From Vulcanimicrobiota bacterium (GTDB taxonomy: Bacteria; Vulcanimicrobiota; Vulcanimicrobiia; Vulcanimicrobiales; Vulcanimicrobiaceae), in assembly GCA_963714015.1 (NCBI GenBank), contig OY970223.1:2592001-2656000 (forward strand): 64,000 nucleotides of DNA, read 5' to 3'. The translations under genes were made by a program, and so were the position numbers. The notes below the pieces were generated by a model. It saw only the letters and a list, made by a program, of their open reading frames with translations. It did not search any database and was not told the origin of the DNA. Shown piece by piece: positions 57,562-64,000 of this stretch; position 1 is the first letter of the stretch, and every line of letters starts with the position of its first letter.

Positions 57562-58449
57562 CTACACGCGCGGGATCACGAGGTTCATCGATCCATTGAT
57601 GAACGGGTCTGTCAAGTCGTTCGCCGCCATGATCGCCGGGTAATTTGTCCAATCGCCCGTATAGTTTGCCGAAACCGCATAGACCGTCGTGTTCGAGACT
57701 CGTACCGTCGGCGTGTTGGCCGCCGCCCCGGTGTACGTCCCAAGCGTTCGATACGCGCTTCCTAGGGTGCCGTTCAGGCTTTCCAGCATCTGCACGATGT
57801 TCGATGTGCCCGACGTCTGCCGCAACGTGTTCAGTGAGTTCTGAACGGACGAGAGCGCGTTAAAAAGCGACTGCCCGAAGGATATCTGCTGCTGCACCGT
57901 AGCCAGCGAAATGGTCCCGATGCTCGAGCGCTGCGCCGAGACGATGTTGATGTTCGAGAGCACCGACGGGTCCAAGTTGGCCGGCGCCACAGCCGGAACT
58001 TGAGCGGCCAGCGCTTCAATTTGGTCGAGATTGCCTTCGAGCGCACCGCTGGCATCCTGCGCCGGCGAGGTCGCGCTTGCGCGGCGCTCGAGGAGCGGTT
58101 CCAGCGTGATGGTGAAGTTGATTTCACCGATCGAGACGTACTCGGGCTCAATGTGATCGATGATAACGTCGAACACCCGCGGTCCGCAGATGAACGGTAC
58201 GACCGCTTGCGCATCCTGCAGCGCTTCCAGGTTCCGGATGTCGTCGTCGGCGGTGGCGCCCAGGCACGTGCCTTCGAAGGTGATGGTGTCGGCGAACACG
58301 CCGAACGTCTGCGCTATCCGCTCGGCCGCGGAGTCGTCCGTTTGCGGAATGTCGTGATACGAGGCCAGGGTTCGGCGGGGGAATTTGACTTTTTCTCCGA
58401 CTTCCCAGCCGGTCAGGGTAACCGGACCGACCGAGAACGTCTGAGCCAT
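57562..58449 (-). CDS. Tail tube initiator (gpU-like) with a C-terminal LysM-like domain
   Basis: Directly after the TMP. N-terminal G.V.L.G.EV...ITF.G and C-terminal TVY.VSA.Y.GD.T.Y..I..AN.L.DP...LVIP. Confidence 0.7.
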   Translation of the reverse strand: MAQTFSVGPVTLTGWEVGEKVKFPRRTLASYHDIPQTDDSAAERIAQTFGVFADTITFEGTCLGATADDDIRNLEALQDAQAVVPFICGPRVFDVIIDHIEPEYVSIGEINFTITLEPLLERRASATSPAQDASGALEGNLDQIEALAAQVPAVAPANLDPSVLSNINIVSAQRSSIGTISLATVQQQISFGQSLFNALSSVQNSLNTLRQTSGTSNIVQMLESLNGTLGSAYRTLGTYTGAAANTPTVRVSNTTVYAVSANYTGDWTNYPAIMAANDLTDPFINGSMNLVIPRV

Positions 58450-58452
58450 GGC

Positions 58453-60721
58453 CTAACTCATTCCCCCTACCAATTCGTATGAGCTGAATCCGGCGCCCAT
58501 GATGTTCGAGCCCGAACCGTCAAGGCGAAGCACCTTTGCGAACTTGTCGGCGATCTCAGCGGCAATTCTCCTTGCCGAACGCGTCGACGTATCGCCACTG
58601 ATGACGATGTCGCCGAAACTGAAGACGACCGATTGACCGTCGTTGCCCCGGCCGCGGCCGCGGGTTAGGGCATCGAGCCGTTTGGTCAGCGGCGCGTTTA
58701 CGACGAGTTCGCGTTTGTGCAGATACGCGAGGCCGTCGCTGCGCGTGTAGCCCCCCGATGCGAGGTGCGCAACCTTATGCGCTGGTGGATGCGCCCCGAC
58801 GGCATTCCAGCCGGCCTGAACGCCCCGCACGCCGTTCATGATCGATCCGCCGATCGACGAAAAGAACGAGCTTGCTCCATGCATCCAGACGCCTGGACCA
58901 CCCAAAATGAACTTCACCAGACTTCCAAAAAAGTTGGTGATGCCATTCCATGCGTACACCAGCCCATTGACGAGCAGATGCGCGCCTTCGCCGACCAGCT
59001 TGCCGATGCTGAACGAATGCGATCCGAGGAATTGTAGAATCTGAACAACGCCCAGAATCTCGCCGACAACGGGAATTGCCCGAAGCCCGAGTTTTGCGAG
59101 CGTTTCGCCCATGAGCAACAGTCCCGTTTTTGACACGAGCGCCTTCGCGCCCAGTTGGTCGAAGACGTATCCCAAGTCGCCAAGTGCGCCGCGTAGCGCG
59201 CCGGATTTTCCAGCACCAAGGCCGACGCCGAGCATCCCGCGCGTTTCGTTCATGCCGACGACGCCGCGGAGCCCGTTGCCCATGCCGAACGCTTTGAGAA
59301 CGCTGGAATGCGCTGCGACACCCTCCGCGCCGATACCCAGAACGCCGGCTGCAAGACGCAGCGGGCCGCGACGCAGCATCCATGGCGCGGCGTGCGCAAT
59401 ATACTCACCGCCGAGCTTCAGCGCAGCCCACGTACCGAGTCCCATAGCACCGGCAAGTCCGTATCCGGTCATGCGCGCCGCTTCAGGATGGCTATGCATC
59501 CACAGCGCGAGTTTTCCGGTTGCACCTGCAAGCCCGTGAACGAATTTTGTCATTCCGGGAAGCAGACTGCATCCCTATTTCCGTCGCGAGCGAATGAAAG
59601 TTCGACGTAAGCAGTTTCGTCTGATTGTTGAGCGTGCCCATCAGCTGCGCTTGAGCGGGGCCAAGGCTCGGCATATTCTTCTGCTGCGCTCGCAGTCGAT
59701 TAAGCTGCTCGATGCCGCCGGGCGTCGCAAGTGTTTGCAGTACATTCGCGGCGTTCGTATCGAACCCACGCGCCAGGTGACGGTTGAACGCAGCGCCACG
59801 GCCTGCAGTTTTCCAGGCCGCACCTTGTTGCTGAACGTACGAAATTAGGCCCATCAGATCGACCGCGCCGGTGCGCGAATTGACGAACCGACTGCTGCCG
59901 CTCGAATCATAAATGCCGAGCGCTTCCAGATTGCTCATCTTCACGTTGCCGGTTGGCGCCTGCAAGTTCTTGATGAGCATGTTGACGCCGGAACCACCGC
60001 GGCCTTGACCCAGGCCCATGCGGTCCAGCCACGCGCCGAGATCGAGAATCGTATCACGCGAGAGACCAGCGCTCATGCCCTTCGAGGCAAAGTACCGAAC
60101 CTGCGTAAAGATGCGCGCTATGCTGTCGGGCGAGCTCGCTCCCATCTTGTAGAGATGGTTGAGCACCGAGGTCATGGTCGCGGGATCGAAGACCTGGAGA
60201 TCATGCGAGAGTTTTGCGGCGAGGCGAACACTATCTTCGAACGGGACGTGGTCCTTCCCCAGATACTGCACGTCCGCATACTTTGCGATCGGCATGGCAA
60301 GCTTCGGCAGATCTTGCGGTTTGATACCGGAAGCGGCCATGATCCCGAGCAAGCCCATCGACTGGTCGACGCTCTGCGCCGTGCTCATCGACATCTTGAG
60401 CGCAAGCGTGTGAAACGATGACATATTGCGCATCGTGTCGCCGAACGTCTTGCCGAGTCTGCCGGTGCTGATTGCGGTGTTCACCATCGCATCTTGCAGT
60501 GCCGCGGCGCCTTTGACGCCGGTCGTGAACGTCTCGCCGGCTGCCAGGCCAACGGCAACGAGCGCACCGAGGCCAACGGTACGCAGATCCGCGAGCGTCT
60601 GATTAAGCTTCGAGACTTTTTGCGTTGTCTGGCCGACTTGGTTCCCTAAACGCGAAAAGGCCAGGGAGTTCCCCGAATTGGTGACCAGCCGAATACTGAT
60701 CGTCCAAGCCGCAACGGCCAT
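58453..60721 (-). CDS. Tail tape measure protein (~755 aa; frameshift ~59560)
   Basis: Long Ala/Gly/Leu-rich helical protein with a GxxGGSG..NM core motif, hydrophobic segments and a C-terminal HLASGG...AYLH..ELVV. Confidence 0.85.
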
Positions 60722-60737
60722 TCGAGTCTCCCTGGCG

Positions 60738-61223
60738 CTAGAGGTTAAAGAGTATCGTTATGAACCGGTCGGCATAGAGCAAAAATGCCTCGTCGTTATG
60801 GTCGCGTGCGGTTGCTGCCATCGGCTCGCGCTTCGGCATACGCAGCGTTCCAAGTTCGAACCAGACCGCCTTTGGGTCGTCCGAACCGACACCCGATTCA
60901 CGCGTCGCGACGTTTCCATACGTAATCGATCGCTTGTATTTGCCGGTCCATTGCAGCGTCGAGTCTATCCCCGTGCCAGCCATCGGGATTTGAGCGTAGT
61001 AGCCTTTACGTTCGCTACGTGCTATCAGCGTTGCCGCGGCGAGCGTCGGCGGCAAAAGGGTAGGGTTACCGATCCGTTCCTGCAACTTCTTCGCGAAGAA
61101 ACCTGACGTCTCAAGACGAGCCTGCGTATCCGCCCGCAACTCGTTCAGCCGTACGTACCGCACAAATGCATGAAACGTCGCAAGATCGGGAAAGTAGCGG
61201 CTCTTGATTCCTGCCAGTCGCAT
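60738..61223 (-). CDS. HK97 gp10-like / virion morphogenesis protein
   Basis: TG....SI.....GVGS...KA.W.ELGT..MP.R. Confidence 0.6.
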   Translation of the reverse strand: MRLAGIKSRYFPDLATFHAFVRYVRLNELRADTQARLETSGFFAKKLQERIGNPTLLPPTLAAATLIARSERKGYYAQIPMAGTGIDSTLQWTGKYKRSITYGNVATRESGVGSDDPKAVWFELGTLRMPKREPMAATARDHNDEAFLLYADRFITILFNL

Positions 61224-61224
61224 G

Positions 61225-61932
61225 TCACTTCTTCTTTACCGGCTTTTCAACGAAATCGCGCTTCGCCCAATCGAACCGGTACGTCCCTTCGTACTCAACG
61301 CACTGGATCACTAAGCCCATGCGCGTCTCGTCCGGAAGACTCCAGGCGAAGTCCCACGGCACGCCGTGGGCGCTGAGCATTAGGACTTGGCGGACCTTTG
61401 ACGACTCCGCGATTTTTTTGTGTGTGACAACCCCGCGTTCTTGGCGATCCGGTCGAGATCGTCAGGACTCAGGCCGGCACCGTCAGCCTCCTCGAGCGCT
61501 TCGAAGAGGGCGGGGTTCATTGCGACTTCCCACGCCAGACAGTACGTCTCGAAGTTCTCGTCGTAGTACTCGTCCGCAGCGAACATCTTTTGCACGCCCT
61601 TGAACTGCGCATCGCTGCGCGGTTGTTTGAACGTCTCGCCGTTGAATTCAATGATAGACGCGATCGCGCGATAGTACTTCTGCAAGCGCGGGTTCTCGCA
61701 TTGATTAGGGCCGAGGATGCGCGCGATTCTTTCGGCAGTTCCTCCCGGAGCGCGCCGAAAGCGCAACGAACAGAATCCATCGGGTGAATTCCACGTGAAG
61801 GTTTCCAGGCCGAGCGCTTCAGCCGACGGATCCTCGTCGGGCTCGACTTGAGGGTTACCCGATCCGCCCTTACGTAGCGCGTCGAGATCATTAAGCGTTG
61901 CCCACCTGGGCGTTCTTACGAGTTTCGGACAT
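61225..61932 (-). CDS. Tail assembly chaperone gpG (stop 61380) and gpGT (-1 frameshift product, stop 61225)
   Basis: Located between tube and TMP. Slippery A AAA AAA at 61419-61413, and the -1 frame reads KIAESSKVRQVLMLSAHGVPWDFAWSL...RFDW. The ATG at 61932 needs a 1-nt repair near 61902. Confidence 0.75.
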
Positions 61933-61957
61933 AGTGAGGCGGCGGGTCCTTTCGAGA

Positions 61958-62443
61958 TTACAGAATGTTCGAGCTGTTCAGCGATGCCGGCGCGGTATTC
62001 GCGCCCATCTGCTTGGCTTTGTCGGAGAACTTCACTTTGAACGTGACGCCGTCGACGGCATCCGCGCCCTTGAAGGTGCCGAGGCTTTCCGGCACGATCG
62101 CGCCGCCCGAAAGGTTCCACATCGACACGCTGCCCTGATTGATGATCGTCTCGGTCGCGCTGATGACCGGTTCCGGGCCGTGCCCGTAATAGTTGTCGAC
62201 GAGGGCCGTGACGAGATCGTCGAAGTAGTCGTCCACGCGCGTGAGCGAGCAGTCGTACTCGTAGCCCGAGTACGTGGTGCGAAAGACGGGTTTCCCGTCG
62301 TTATTCGTCGGGATTTTTTCGAGCAGATGGGAATCGACTTTGCGCTCGGTGGACTCGAGCAGTCCGGGAATCTCCCACGTCTGTCCGTTGATGACGAACA
62401 GCATCGTCATCTCGGTGCCAATGTTGAAAACCTGCGACGACAC
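61958..62443 (-). CDS. Tail tube protein
   Basis: AAGGAG RBS, 161 aa, directly after the sheath, beta-rich. Confidence 0.75.
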   Translation of the reverse strand: MSSQVFNIGTEMTMLFVINGQTWEIPGLLESTERKVDSHLLEKIPTNNDGKPVFRTTYSGYEYDCSLTRVDDYFDDLVTALVDNYYGHGPEPVISATETIINQGSVSMWNLSGGAIVPESLGTFKGADAVDGVTFKVKFSDKAKQMGANTAPASLNSSNIL

Positions 62444-62474
62444 GCTGGCATCTCCTTATCGGGCGCAAAAGCAA

Positions 62475-62498
62475 GGAGCGCCCTGCGAAGAGCGCTCC
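62475..62498 (-). terminator. Hairpin between sheath and tube genes
   Basis: Minus strand GGAGCGCTCT-tcgc-AGGGCGCTCC followed by TTGCTTTT. Confidence 0.5.
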
Positions 62499-62516
62499 GA
62501 ATGGTCGAGTTACGGG

Positions 62517-64000
62517 TTACGAGGTAGCGGGCGAGACCTGTTGCGGTTGAATTGCGAGCACCGTTTGGCCACCGACCAGGCCGATGACGACCTTGTCGAT
62601 CACGCTCATGAACTCCACGATGCAATCGACGCGGAAGTAGCCGCGCGGAATCGAGTTGGTCGGGTCGTTATTGCGAAGATCGCATTGCACACTGTAGGTG
62701 TCGATGATCTCGTCTTTTTCAAGGCCGCCCAAGAAGCCGTTGAAGATCGCGCGCGCATTCGCGCGTTGCTTGTCACCCGGCTGCGTGCTCTGCGTCTGAC
62801 CGATGAGACCGGCGAGCAGGTTACTGTCGAACTCGACGGCCAGATACTGGATCATCGACGAGTAGGAGAGCAGACCGCGGTCCGGATCGTTGTTCATCGA
62901 GTTGACGTTGGTACGGATCATGGGGAAGTCTTCACCCGAGATCCCGCCCATCGTGATGAGGTTGATGCCGGCCGCTTCGAGATCGTCGATCTCGCTCGTC
63001 GGGTACGGTACGTTCTGCTGGGTTCCCGTGCGGTTGGTTCCCAGGACAACCGGGATGTTGAGGTTCATCGGCGAGCGCTGCGGCGGCGTAAGCGCCATCT
63101 GCGAGCTCGCGATGTCCGCCGGCGAGAGATACCGAATCAGGCCGCCGTTGGTCGTATCGTTGAACTCGCACCAATCGCCGGCCCAGACGCTCATCGTGTA
63201 GTCTTGCAATCCGTACGTCTGCTTGTCGTCGATCGCCGTGTCGCTATCGGTTCCGTTCGGGAACGCAATGGCCGTCTGCGCGTTTTGTGCTTTGCCGAAC
63301 GCAAGCAGAAGTGATCCGGCGGTTGCGACGTCGTCGCAGCCCACGAGCGTGAGTTTGTAGCCGCTGATCTGGCCGTCGAATGCGTACATTCCCGTGCCCG
63401 GATTCGAGGCGCCCGAGCCGAGCATATCGGCGGTCGTAATAGCCGTCGCGCCATCCGTTCCGAGCGATCCGTTCGCATCGATGGGCGTCGCGGTGTAGTA
63501 GTCGGCTTGACCGATCGGCGTGTTTTGAGTTGCGGGCACGGAGGCCAGCCACCAGCGCGAGGGGCGCGGCGCTTGGAATTGATTGTTCACACCGTACGGC
63601 TGACCGTTGACGGCTGCGATAGCTTGCGTTTGTTGCGTCAACCCGTCGAAGACCGGAGCGCCGGCCACGAGCTTCCATGCGGGGATGCGATCGTAGACTT
63701 CCGGAGTCGATATTCCGGGCACGACAAACACGAGTTTGACGGTGGGCTTCGCCGCTGTCGAGTCGCTGCCGGCCGCAACGAGGACTTGGGCGGATCTGCC
63801 GCTCGAGGGATTCAGGCGCGAGCCGGTCGAGGCGGCCGTGAGCAAGAGCCACGGCGCTGGCGGTTCCGTTACCGTGTGCGTCGGTTGGCCCGGTTGCGTG
63901 AGCACCGCGCCGTAGACGAGGTCGGAGCCCGGCGTGATGGTCTGTACGATGTTCTCGTTCGTACAGGTAACGACGGCCGACTTGATTTCGAGCTGCGCCG
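62517..64000 (-). CDS. Contractile tail sheath protein (5' end outside window)
   Basis: P..SP.N, EI..L..AGIN.I and Y.VQCD..NN....I..G....D..V. The frame is open to the window end. Confidence 0.88.
   Translation of the reverse strand, partial: AQLEIKSAVVTCTNENIVQTITPGSDLVYGAVLTQPGQPTHTVTEPPAPWLLLTAASTGSRLNPSSGRSAQVLVAAGSDSTAAKPTVKLVFVVPGISTPEVYDRIPAWKLVAGAPVFDGLTQQTQAIAAVNGQPYGVNNQFQAPRPSRWWLASVPATQNTPIGQADYYTATPIDANGSLGTDGATAITTADMLGSGASNPGTGMYAFDGQISGYKLTLVGCDDVATAGSLLLAFGKAQNAQTAIAFPNGTDSDTAIDDKQTYGLQDYTMSVWAGDWCEFNDTTNGGLIRYLSPADIASSQMALTPPQRSPMNLNIPVVLGTNRTGTQQNVPYPTSEIDDLEAAGINLITMGGISGEDFPMIRTNVNSMNNDPDRGLLSYSSMIQYLAVEFDSNLLAGLIGQTQSTQPGDKQRANARAIFNGFLGGLEKDEIIDTYSVQCDLRNNDPTNSIPRGYFRVDCIVEFMSVIDKVVIGLVGGQTVLAIQPQQVSPATS

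Larger units (their letters stand above)
34999..64000 (-). mobile_element. Contractile-tailed (myovirus-like) prophage: tail, lysis and cargo modules; continues beyond the window
   Basis: Gene order sheath, tube, TAC, TMP, tube initiator, hub, spike, gp25-like, baseplate J, wedge, fibres, lysis. The left boundary is inferred. Confidence 0.88.

Noticed and set aside
53854..64000. eCIS/T6SS rather than prophage
   Set aside because: A tape measure gene, G/GT frameshift chaperone, gp10-like gene and lysis cassette are phage-like, and no Afp15-type ATPase or Tss membrane genes are visible. A headless tailocin cannot be excluded because the upstream region is outside the window.

Overview
GC-rich bacterial chromosome with two parts. 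Positions 1 to ~35.0 kb are host genes: a secretin, an Fpg/Nei glycosylase, a Glu/Leu/Phe/Val dehydrogenase, infA, msrA, a Rieske oxygenase, an MFS-acyltransferase fusion, a VPS10/BNR protein, an M3 peptidase, and the conserved yceD-rpmF-fabH-fabD-fabG-acpP-ffh-rpsP-khpA-rimM block. The many Pro/Thr-rich and NHL-repeat lipoproteins look like Eremiobacterota (Vulcanimicrobiota); this is an inference from protein style only. Positions ~35.0-64.0 kb hold the tail, lysis and cargo half of a contractile-tailed (myovirus-like) prophage, mostly on the minus strand: sheath, tube, tail assembly chaperone with a -1 slippery site, tape measure, hub, spike, baseplate, fibres and lysis genes. Head and integrase genes are not in the window. 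The most unusual signal is that several proteins in the structural operon start with Sec-type signal peptides and carry closely paired cysteines. These include a tail fibre with a baseplate-anchor N-terminus and a Peptidase_S74-like chaperone, and a ~1,100-aa two-domain glycoside hydrolase inserted between the baseplate J and wedge genes. This suggests tail appendages that are exported and folded in the periplasm. Other points: infA has no ATG/GTG/TTG start and appears to begin at ATC behind a good Shine-Dalgarno; a near-consensus sigma70 promoter bracketed by two operators drives an uncalled 38-aa peptide; a 16-bp direct repeat flanks a moron in the tail operon. At least 13 single-base frameshifts, including one in fabD, point to long-read indel errors, so split genes are not called pseudogenes. 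All functional calls come from motif recognition by eye; no database searches were run.
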